Source: Octopus sinensis
Lineage: Eukaryota
Reading direction: 5' to 3'
Assembly: GCF_006345805.1 (NCBI RefSeq)
Contig: NW_021836085.1
Location: forward strand, 1-25,231
Length of the DNA: 25,231 nt
Positions within the stretch are counted from its first letter, which is position 1; each line of letters opens with the position of its first letter. The position numbers were made by a program, and so were the translations under genes. The notes beneath the pieces are model-generated. The model saw only the letters and a list, made by a program, of their open reading frames with translations, was not told the DNA's origin and searched no databases. This document shows positions 10,217-20,783 of this stretch, piece by piece.

Positions 10217-11277
10217 GCAATTTATTAGGATCTCAATGAAAAACCGGAATGTGGAAATTTTTGGCGACGGTTAACATCAAGAGATGCATATTTCGAGAAG
10301 GTAGCTTATCACCATTGTTGATTGTGATTTGTATGATATCCCTCACACAGATACTACGATAAGTGACATCGGGTACACCTTGAAAAGTGGAGGGAATTTA
10401 AATCATCCGTTATATATGGATGATTTAAAGATCTTTGGGAAGACCGAACGTGATGCAAATGGCCTCGTTTCAACAGTGCAGATATTCAGTAAGGAAACCG
10501 GAATGGAATTTGGGACTAAAGAGTGTGCTATGCTTATGATACAAAGAGGCAAAGCAGTGTCGTCTGATGGTGTGGAGCCACCCAGCGGCGAGAAAATCAA
10601 GGATATTGAGACGAATGGATATAACTATTTGGGGATTTTAGAATACGATAAAATCAAGGAAAGTGAAAGGAAGGAAAGTTTTAGGCGAGAATATCTCAGA
10701 AGAACCAAGTTAATTATGGGAAGTAGACGCAATGGAGAAAAGAAAATCAGGGCAATGAACCCATGGGGCTGTTTCCTTATTGTGATATGGCGCAGGTGTT
10801 GTTAGGCAGACAAAGAACGAACTTGAGGAAATGAACAGGAAAACTAGAAAAGTGATGACAATTGACAAGGAAGAGATGCTGACAGATCGTATGTGCCTAG
10901 AAACAAGGGTGGAGGAGGTCTCATAGGATGCAAAATCTGTGTTAACGAGAAGAACAGTCTGGGATGGTACATCAAACAGCAGAATGAATTCTTGTTTGCT
11001 GCTGTTAGTATTAACAATATAATACTTACCGAAAATGTGATGCAGCCATGGATATTTAAGAAAGAAGATTTAAGAAAGGAAGAGTAAACAACTGGAAAAT
11101 GAAACCACTGCAGCACGGGCAATACCTCAGAGAAAACAAAGGAAAAGACGAGATCAACTCTTGGAGATGGCTAAGAAAAAGTAATCTGAAAGAATGCAAT
11201 GAGGCATTGATATGCGGAGTCTAGGAACAAGCTCTGAGGACTAATTACACCAAGTTCCAAATAAATAAGAGTAGCGG
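10217..11277 (+). mobile_element. R4/Dong-like element 'C', part 1: decayed reverse transcriptase
   Basis: IKRCIFREGSLSPLL (degenerate QGDSLSP), HPLYMDDLKIF (YMDD), GMEFGTKEC, DRSYVPRNKGGGGL, EQALRTNYTKFQINKSSG; stops and frameshifts. Confidence 0.9.
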
Positions 11278-11797
11278 TTTTTCATTGAGATTCTAATAAA
11301 ATTTGCTATTATTATTATTATTATTATTATATTATTATTATTATTATTATTATTATATTATTCAGTAGTTTTATTTTTATAGCGTGCTTTCACTTCACTA
11401 CCGAGCGCAGCTCTGTGTGCCTTGGGTATGTGCTGTGATATGTTGTTTGTGATGCTCTGATGTTATTGTATGGAAAGTGTTCTGCGTAGGATGTGTGCAG
11501 TGCCTAGTAGTGCAATTTTCTGTATGTTATATGTGTTTGTAAGTCCTGGTGTTTTTGTTATGTATTTTTCTGAATATTTTTTATCATGCCTAATGCACCT
11601 ACTATGATAGGAATTGTTTCTGTTTTTAGATTCCACATTCTAGTTACCTCTGTTTCCAGGTCTTTGTATTTTGAGAGTTTTTCCATTTCTTTTAGAGACA
11701 CGTTGTCATCTGCCGGTATTGATACATCAATTACAAAGCATTTTTTCTTCTTCATGATCTCTGACAACTATATCTGGCCTGTTGGCCTTAATTTCTC

Positions 11798-11863
<66 letters not shown>

Positions 11864-11866
11864 TTA

Positions 11867-11912
<46 letters not shown>

Positions 11913-12122
11913 CATTATTATCATTATTATTATTATTATTATTATCATTATTATTCTTTTTCCTTCTTTCTTCAAATTTTCTTCCGTTTCTCGCCGAGTG
12001 TTTTCCATACACCTAGGGCAGAGAAGGGCATTGTATGCATTCCCAGATTACACGCGCAAATTCACAGATAAAATATGTATTTAAAAATTAATAAATAAAT
12101 AAATTCATGGATGGATGTTATT
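11275..12122 (-). repeat. Inverted copy of 9991-10246 (A 3' UTR + (TAA)n + first ~30 nt of C), with element D1 inside its TAA tract
   Basis: Reverse complement of 11956-12122 matches 9991-10160 (first ~70 nt identical, a few indels later); reverse complement of 11275-11306 matches 10217-10246. Confidence 0.9.
11362..11798 (-). mobile_element. R4/Dong-like element 'D1': RLE plus 3' UTR, 5'-truncated
   Basis: EIKANRPDIVVRD...IDVSIPADDN...KLSKYKDL...IPIIVGALG; highly similar to 13484-13913; in a tract reading (TAA)n on its sense strand. Confidence 0.92.
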
Positions 12123-12826
12123 GTAGGATGTGTGGCAACAGAAATGAAACAATCTCACATATTGTGAGTGAGGGTAGCAAGCTGGTTCAAAAGCACTACA
12201 AAAGGAGATACGATAACGTGACTAGGTTCGTCCAGTGGAGGTTCTGTGAAAAGTGCGGTCTGGCCAGAGTATAGAAATGGTACGAATATGAACCGGAAGG
12301 AGTCACTGACAACGAGGAATATAAGCTAATGTGGGTTTTTTCCAATCTAATGTGACTCCCTAATCGATGCTGGGAGACCAGACAGTGTTGTGGTAGGTAA
12401 AGGGAAAAAGGGAACCAAGATTACATATATCGCAATGGCTGGGGTTGCACACATAAGTGACAAAGAAGTAGAAAATATTGAAAAGTTCTAAAAGACGAAA
12501 TTGCAAAAATGTGGACTATGAGGAGAGTGTCTGTCATCATAGTATTTGTAGGGCACTCGGAACACTAACAACCAGGTTCCAGAAATATGTCAGAGAATTC
12601 TGAATTGATATGAGAGCAGAGCAAGCCCCAAAAACTGCTCTGCTGGGTACAGCTAGGATTTTGAGATTAGTACTTGGATGTTGAATGTCTAACGATAATT
12701 AACAACCAAGTACCAAAGCTTATAATGTACGGAAAGAGACCCTGTGAAACCTCTGACAGAAGGCTGCTGTCCGCTCTCACAGAATCTACCAGAACAAACA
12801 AGACCGAGCGTTCTGAGAAGTAAAAC
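12122..12826 (+). mobile_element. R4/Dong-like element 'C', part 2: CCHC knuckle, RLE, 3' UTR, decayed
   Basis: CRMCGNRNETISHIVSE(G)SKLVQKHYKRRYDNV..., KWYEYEPEGV, QKTALLGTARILRLVL; continues part 1 in the expected domain order. Confidence 0.85.
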
Positions 12827-12965
12827 AATAATAATAATCTTAATCTTAGTAATAATAATAATAATATAATCTTATAATAATAATAGTAATAATAATAATA
12901 ATAATCTAATAATAATAATAATCATAATAATAATATAATAATTAATAATAATTAATAATAATAAA

Positions 12966-12997
<32 letters not shown>

Positions 12998-13023
12998 TAA
13001 TAATAATCTTTAATATATTAATA

Positions 13024-13056
<33 letters not shown>

Positions 13057-13065
13057 CTTAATATA

Positions 13066-13096
<31 letters not shown>

Positions 13097-13097
13097 C

Positions 13098-13138
<41 letters not shown>

Positions 13139-13267
13139 CTTAATAATAAGAATAATAATATAATAATAATAATAATCTAATAATAATAATAATAATAATT
13201 AATAATAATAATAATAATAATAACAATATAATAATAATAATAATAATAATAAATAATAATAATAATC

Positions 13268-13299
<32 letters not shown>

Positions 13300-13317
13300 T
13301 AATAATAATAATAATAA
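12827..13317. repeat. (TAA)n array with recurrent TCT interruptions
   Basis: Direct reading (taatcttaa motif repeated). Confidence 0.95.
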
Positions 13318-13909
13318 AAGGAATATATTCACAGACATGACAGAGTTGGAACCTACATACATTGGAAGCTATGCCAACATTATGGAATAACAACAGAAAA
13401 AAGATGGTATAGGCACACACCAGAAAAGGTCACAGAAAACGAGAAAGCAACCATACTCTGGGATATGCCGATACACACAGACAGAGAAATTAAGGCCAAC
13501 AGACCAGATATAGTTGTCAGAGACCATGAAGAAAAAAAATGCTTTCTAATTGATGTATCAATACCGGCTGATGACAACGTGTCTCTAAAAGAAATGGAGA
13601 AACTCTCAAAATACAAAGACCTGGAAATAGAGGTAACTAGAATGTGGAATCTGAAAACAGAAACAATTCCTATCATAGTAGGTGCATTAGGCATGATAAA
13701 AAAATATTCAGACAAATACATAACAAAAACACCAGGACTTACAAAACATAAACATACAGAAAATTGCACTACTAGGCACTGCACACATCCTACGCAGAAC
13801 ACTTTCCATACAATAACCATCAGAGCATCACAACAAATCACAGCACATACCCAAGGCACACAGAGCTGCGCTCGGTAGTGAAGTGAAAGCACGATAAAAA
13901 ATAAAACTA

Positions 13910-13913
<4 letters not shown>
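13318..13913 (+). mobile_element. R4/Dong-like element 'D2': RLE plus 3' UTR, 5'-truncated
   Basis: KEYIHRHDRVGTYIHW...LWDMPIHTDREIKANRPDIVV...KLSKYKDL...GALG (ORF 13465-13878, late frameshift). Confidence 0.92.
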
Positions 13914-13942
<29 letters not shown>

Positions 13943-14102
13943 TAATATAATAATAATAATAATAATAATATAATAATAATAATCTTAAAATAATACTAAT
14001 AATATAATAATAATAATAATAATAATAACAATAACAATAATAATAATAATAATAATCTTAATAATAATAATATATAATAATAATAATCTTAATATAATAA
14101 TA

Positions 14103-14136
<34 letters not shown>

Positions 14137-14192
14137 CTTAATAATTAATAATAATAATAATAATCTTAATAATAATAATAATAATAATAATC

Positions 14193-14230
<38 letters not shown>

Positions 14231-14234
14231 CATC

Positions 14235-14282
<48 letters not shown>

Positions 14283-14295
14283 TAATAATAATAAT
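13914..14295. repeat. (TAA)n array with recurrent TCT interruptions
   Basis: Direct reading. Confidence 0.95.
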
Positions 14296-14994
14296 ATGCG
14301 CCTACAGAGTATCTCAACAGGCATGATAGAGCTGCACAATATATTCACTGGATAATTTGCAGAAGCCTGGACTTGCCCCATGATAAAAACTGGTGGGAAC
14401 ATAAACCACCTCCAGTGCTTGAAAATGACTACATCTCACTCCTCTGGAACTTCACCATTCAAACTGACAGAAAGATAAATGAAAACAGGCCAGACATCAT
14501 ATTGAAAGACTTCAGACAAAAAAACATTCCTCCTCATTGATATGACTGTCCCAATCGATATAAACGTATCTGTCAAGACCTACAAGAAACTGAGCAAATA
14601 TAAAGATCTAGAAATAGAAATCAGCAAAATGTGGAACCTGAAGACTAAAACAATACCTGTTGTCATAGGTGCTCTGGGAATGATAGCAAAAGGGGCTGAT
14701 TGCTACCTAACTCAGATACCAGGAAACCCCAAAATGGCAGAAATTCAAAAGATAGTGCTCATGGGAACTGCTCATATCCTACGCAAAATACTTTCTTTGT
14801 AATCTCAAGTTTTAAAATAAATATAATTTTTGTATGGTTTTTTTAGGCATTCACTAGTACAACAATAAGTACAAAACCAAATATATGGCACCCTAGGCAT
14901 AACACCAACATGAACTTCCAACTTGTTGTCTCTTGAGGTCTCTGGGTAAGACTTGGAGGCAGCTTGTGCAAATGTAAAGCAAAAGTCAAACATA

Positions 14995-14995
<1 letters not shown>
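14296..14995 (+). mobile_element. R4/Dong-like element 'F': RLE plus 3' UTR, 5'-truncated
   Basis: PTEYLNRHDRAAQYIHW...LWNFTIQTDRKINENRPDII...IDMTVP...KLSKYKDL...IPVVIGALG...GTAHILRKILSL* (stop at 14800-14802). Confidence 0.92.
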
Positions 14996-15079
<84 letters not shown>

Positions 15080-15085
15080 GATGAT

Positions 15086-15154
<69 letters not shown>

Positions 15155-15176
15155 AATAATAATGATAATAATAATG

Positions 15177-15246
<70 letters not shown>

Positions 15247-15248
15247 TA
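14996..15248. repeat. (TAA)n/(TGA)n array
   Basis: Direct reading. Confidence 0.95.
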
Positions 15249-15419
15249 AATTTAGTGCAAGGCCAGCAATTTTAGGGGAAGTGGGCTAGTATATTACATC
15301 GACCTAGCACTTGACTAGTATTTCATTTTATCGACCCCGGTGGATTTGAAGTCAGAACATCAATAGCCGTAATAAATACTACATTGCATTATGTTTCACA
15401 CGCTAACGATTCTGCCACT
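15249..15419 (-). mobile_element. SINE family 1 (tail B), diverged and internally deleted
   Basis: caaggccagcaatttt...attacatcgacc...ttttatcgaccccggtggatttgaagtcagaac...gctaacgattctgcca. Confidence 0.8.
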
Positions 15420-16789
15420 ACGTAACCTTTGAATGTATTCATTAATAAAACATGGAAGGAGGCGGGCTGGGTTTATTTTCTTGAAGCTGACATTTCTGCT
15501 TTAATAGCAGAACAAATCACGTGATGATTGAAGTAACTGCTTAATTACTTCTTGAAAGGTTTCAACACCGAAAGAAAAATTGGATAAATCCAGAAACATA
15601 GTATTTTCCAAATGGTTATCTGTAATTCCTGTTCGAGAAAATATTTCTTGTGAAATCCTAGTAAAATTCATACCTCTTCATGAAACTAATATCTTGATTG
15701 GTCTTTAAATTCTGTCTCCGTAAGTTCTACTTGAAAAGTGCTCTAGTACATTGTCTAGTTCCATATCATACTGAACGCTAAATAACCAGAAGTCAACTGT
15801 GTGTGAACGAATGTCGGCAGAAAGGGGAAGAAATGTCGGGTCTTAAGTCTCATATCACAGCCTGAAATATGTTGATATCTTCAGAATCGGTCACTCAGAG
15901 TATAGGAAAATGAGATGTGTTTGGCTTCTCCTGTTGGAATTTCTACATTTGGAATATTCTTCTATTGGAATATTCATAAAATTTACCGTTAAACTTTAAA
16001 ACCAGTATTTCAATATTCCGTCATGTTTTCAAGATGAATATGTATTTTTGCTGAGAATTTTTTTTTACTTTTATTCTTCTTAAAGCTGCACATTCTAGTT
16101 TTCTAAATAAGATCTTTAATCTACCAGGCACATCCAAGCATGAATGCAACTTGGGACAACGGGATTCTGTAGTATTCGTATTTGTACAATCGCGAAACAT
16201 AACAAGGTCTTCCTGCAAAGTGACATATACAATTTCTAGAATAAAGTCATTACTCTTCTCTGATTTCGATAAAACCTGTGTTCCATCCCTAGCTAACCTT
16301 GATCCAGCAGATCTATGATCGAAGATAGTCCAGACATGGCCATCCCGTTTATTTTTACCTTAATACGTCCGGTTCCCATATTCAACGGTAGAGCATGATC
16401 TGGGAGAGAATCGGTTGCGATTCCTAGCAAGTTGAGCTACCACATACAGGTTCCCTCGTCTGCTGGTGGTTGTATTACAATCGATCTGATGTTTGTCACC
16501 ACTTCCCCATTCTAAAAAACCCACCCCTCTCCTTTATTTTATTCACTGTTTCACTCCTTTTGTCCACCAACCAAACTACTTCACACGGTCGCCGCCATAT
16601 TCTTTTAATGAAATAAAGATGTGACTTATATAAAATCTGCAGAGAAACAATTAAGTCAACTTGGTTTTTTTCTTATAAATATATTCCACAGACTTGGCTT
16701 CCTTCACTGCTTTCTCTGTTTCTTGGAATTATTTTACTTTATTTTCAATTTCTTGCAGTGCCATTCTTCGAGGCTTTTTTCCACACCCC

Positions 16790-17205
16790 GCCTCTCTCTC
16801 TCTCGCTCTCTCTCTCTCTCCCTCTCTTTCTCTCTCTCTCTTTCTTTCTTTTCGTTAATGGTTTAAACATTGAAGCGATTTCAGATCTTTATTTTTTGCC
16901 TCAAGAGAATTCCTCTCTCTCTCTCTCCCTCCCTCTCTCTCCCTAACTTTCTGTAAATTATATATTCTATGAACATTGATATTTTTCCCCGAGACACAGA
17001 CAATAGACACACACACACTCACACACACACTCGCTCGCACGCACGCACACGCACATATACACATACTACACACATATATGTATGTGTGCTTGTGCGTGTG
17101 TATATACTGAATATGTACACATCTATAAATACATACACATCTGTAAATACATACTTATATATACATACATATGTACAAACATGTGTGTTGTGTGTGTGTG
17201 TGTTA
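16790..17205. repeat. (CT)n, (CA)n, (TA)/(TG) microsatellites with short unique spacers
   Basis: Direct reading. Confidence 0.85.
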
Positions 17206-17365
17206 CATTATTAACACAAATTACTTCAGTTTTGTCATTGTACAAGCTTCCAGTATTTTACAGTTTGACAAATATTTCAACACCAAAACACCCGGCGTTC
17301 ATCAGATGAAACCCAGATAATAACTATAAAATCCAAAACGATAAAACATTTGCTTTGTGAAGGTA

Positions 17366-17598
17366 CCTATTTCTTTATTATCCACGAGGGGCCAAACATA
17401 GAGGGGACAAACAAGGACAGACTTACGTATTAATTCGATTACATCGATCCCAGTGCGTAACTGGTACTTATTTAATCGACCCCGAAAGGATGAAAGGCGA
17501 AGTCAACCTCGGCGGAATTTGAACTCAGAACGTAGCGGCAGACGAAATACTGCTACGCATTTCGTCCGGCGTGCTAACCATTCTGCCAGCTCGCCGCC
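17366..17598 (-). mobile_element. SINE family 1 (tail A), full length; best-preserved copy
   Basis: Minus strand ggcggcgagctggcagaatggttagc (A box TGGCAGAATGG) ... gagttcaaattcc (B box) ... tail ending aataaagaaatagg. Confidence 0.92.
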
Positions 17599-18114
17599 CT
17601 GATACCATTCCCACCTACCAAGCCTTACTGTCGCCATACCAATAGCTGTGTAAAATACGGGAGATGTTTCTGCCCCATTGTGTACTAGAGAGAGAAAGAG
17701 AGTGTGTGTATATGGGAGAGGGAACGTGAGAAAGAAGGAGAGACAGAGAGAGACTGTGATGTCCGTTCGGTTTGTAAGTCTTCTCTTTCACAGTTTATTT
17801 TCTTTTGCATTTTGGGAATTCCAACTGACCAGAGTTGGAGTTCCTCACCTGAGTGGGAAACAACGTACGGCCAGCATTTAGCGAACGATTATCGTAGTAC
17901 CTACCGCGGCTCGGAGCCCATTTGCAATGCAACATTATCCCTTCAAGAAGGTCAGGCGTAAATTTGATGTAGATTTGGCTGCTTTTTCTAGCAATTCAAC
18001 GGGATTGTCCAATGAATTCATTTCAGAAATCATTAATATTTTAATTCTTAAACATTATCAGAATGGTTGCAGGAATTGTAAACCATTTTGTATTTTGACT
18101 AAACATATCTACAG

Positions 18115-18120
18115 ATACAC

Positions 18121-18152
<32 letters not shown>

Positions 18153-18153
18153 T

Positions 18154-18223
<70 letters not shown>

Positions 18224-18440
18224 CATACATACATACATACATACATACATACATACATACATACATACACACATACATACATACATACATGGATAGATAG
18301 ATAGATACATACATACATACATGCATAGATAAGATAGATAGATAGATACATACATACATACATACATACATACATACATGGATAGATACATACATACATA
18401 CATACATACATAACATAGACATACATACATGGATAGATAG

Positions 18441-18479
<39 letters not shown>

Positions 18480-18680
18480 GATAGATAGATAGATAGATAA
18501 GATAGCTAGATGGATAATAGATTAAACAGACACACGTACGCACGTGTGTATGTATGTACGTTGTACGTTTGTTTAAATACGCACCTGTAAATACGAACGT
18601 GTGCATATATATACGCATGTATATATATATTAGTATATATATAAATATGTATATATGTGTACGTATATATGTGTGTGTTT
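18115..18680. repeat. (GACA)/(GATA)/(TACA)/(TA) compound microsatellites
   Basis: Direct reading. Confidence 0.9.
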
Positions 18681-19269
18681 ATGACCAAAATTCAATTGTG
18701 TAAGTGATGTGGCTTCGTACGCGGATCGAAACCGCTTCTGTCGGATTATTGGTGATCACCTCTCGCTGTCGTTGATTCTCTATAAAGGGATATAATAACG
18801 GATTGAATAGAATTATCTCAATTCCATTAGAGGAGATTGTCTGGCGTTGAATAACTTCCCATCATGCACCAGTGAGCATTTCATAAACACTGTTGTCACA
18901 TCCTTTGATTCTTTAACTTCTCAAAGATATTATAGACGAGAAAAACGAACACACATGCCTTAATTCAATAGCAAAAGGCCCTTAATTTTCACCTTTCTGT
19001 CACTGCTTTTAGGGACTGGTTTGTGTTTGTTGTCATTTTACTCTATCCTATTCAATATCGAGTTGTATTAAAGCTGACCTCCAACCTCCATCCTTAAACA
19101 TGAATAAATAGTGAAATCTCGTGAAATATCGCAGTTTTTCTCTCGTCGTATGTATGATAATACGTATAGCTTGTCCTTTGACGATCTTGTTAATACTCGG
19201 CTGTAATATTCCGATACGCACCGCTGGACGTACAAAGAGCAGGCTTTCAACGCTAAACTTCACTATTGG

Positions 19270-19305
19270 ATAGAGAGATCGATAGAGAGAGAGAGAGATG
19301 GGGGG

Positions 19306-19358
<53 letters not shown>

Positions 19359-19740
19359 TAATTTGTATGGCTGACATCGTTGGCGGCGGCGGAGGTGGTG
19401 GTGGTGGTTGTGGTGGTGGTGGTGGTGGTAGTAGTGATGGTGGTGGTGGTGGTGGTGGTGGTGGTGGTGGTGGTGGTAGTGGTAGTGATGGTGGTGGTGG
19501 TGGTGGTGGTGTAGTGGTAGTGATGGTGGTGGTGGTGGTGAAGGTGGTGGTGGTGGTGGTGGTGGTGGTGGTGGTGGTGATGGTGGTTGTAGTAGTGATG
19601 GTGGTGGTGGTGGTGGTAGTGGTAGTGATGATGGTGGTGTGGTGGTGGTGGTGGTGTATGTGGTGGTGGTGGATTGGTGGTGGTGGCGGCGGCGGCAGCG
19701 GCGGTGGCGGCGGTGGCGGCGGTGGTGGTGGTTGTGGTGT
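19270..19740. repeat. (GA)/(GATA)n then (GGC)/(GGT)n
   Basis: Direct reading. Confidence 0.9.
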
Positions 19741-19785
19741 AGTACAAAGATTGTGGTTGATTACTTTCTTGTTACCGCGGCTACG

Positions 19786-19996
19786 TAGCAGAATCGCAAG
19801 CACGTCAGGCAAAACAATTCTCAGCTGCATTTCGCCCGCTTTGAAGTCCTGAGTTCAAATTCTGCCGAAGTCAGCTTCGCCTTTTATCATTTCGGGATCG
19901 ATAAAATAAGTACCAGTCGGGTACTGGGTTCGATGCCGTCGACTCCCTTTCCCCCACCCCCGAAATTTCAAGCCTTGTGCCTTGAATAGAAAAGAT
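19786..19996 (+). mobile_element. SINE family 1 (tail B), near full length, diverged
   Basis: gtagcagaatcgcaagcacg...ctgagttcaaattctgccgaagtc...atcgataaaataagtaccagt...gccttgtgcc. Confidence 0.85.
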
Positions 19997-20129
19997 TACT
20001 GTTCGTTTTCAAACCCCACTCTTTCCCACCCATAACCCCTTAAATTATCTCGTGTAATTTGCCTAATTTGTGGTTCGTTGCCAAATCAAAAGATAAAAGT
20101 CTGTTTGTTTTATATCTATTATACATGCA

Positions 20130-20494
20130 CAATTATATATACGCGCGCACACGCGCACACACACACACATATGTGTGTGTGTATATATATATGTGTGTGT
20201 GTATGTATATATATATATATACACACAAAAACATATAGACTGACACGTATACACATATACACACGCACTTATTCGACATACAAAAACATGTATTTGACTG
20301 TGTTTGTGTATATATCTATACGTATATCTCTATATATACAAATATATACATATATATATATACCTATATATTATTATATATATATATATAATATCATATA
20401 ATATATATATATAGATATATATTATATATATATATAATACTATACATAACTCTATATAGCTAAACTACTTATAGATATATATATATATATATAT
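20130..20494. repeat. (CA)/(TG)/(TA) microsatellites
   Basis: Direct reading. Confidence 0.85.
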
Positions 20495-20649
20495 GAAGAA
20501 GCCGACCAAGAACCCGCTGGCTTGACACCATCAAGAGTGATACCGGAATGGACTTAGCCAATCTGAAAGAAGCGGCCCAGGATAGAATTGACTGGAGGAC
20601 ACTGATCCAAACGAGTAACCGAGAGTCGACTTCGACTAAGCGGATATAA
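20495..20649 (+). mobile_element. Extreme 3' end of an RTE/BovB-like LINE, within (TA)n
   Basis: RPRTRWLDTIKSDTGMDLANLKEAAQDRIDWRTLIQ / RVTESRLRLSG (1-nt frameshift); matches the RTE C-terminal pattern GRPxxRWxD...DRxxWR...VTxSRxRL. Confidence 0.85.
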
Positions 20650-20735
20650 TATATATATATATATCTATATATATATATATATAGATATAAAAAAAGTCAA
20701 GATAGAAAAAAAAGTGCTAAATAATGTTTTTATAA

Positions 20736-20783
20736 ACAACATTTCAGTACGGTTTCAGTCGTTGAGACTTTTTCAACGGTTGT
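20736..20783 (-). ncRNA. Penelope-type minimal type I hammerhead ribozyme motif, U3:A8 core variant, slightly decayed
   Basis: Minus strand acaaccg-TTGAAAA-AGTC-tcaac-GACT-GAAA-ccg-TA-ctgaaatgttgt. Confidence 0.55.

Noticed and set aside
15950-16020. ILVLKFNGKFYE resembling a Penelope RT motif
   Set aside because: The expected downstream G-x-x-MG motif is absent, and the adjacent DNA is a short gaatattccaa tandem repeat.
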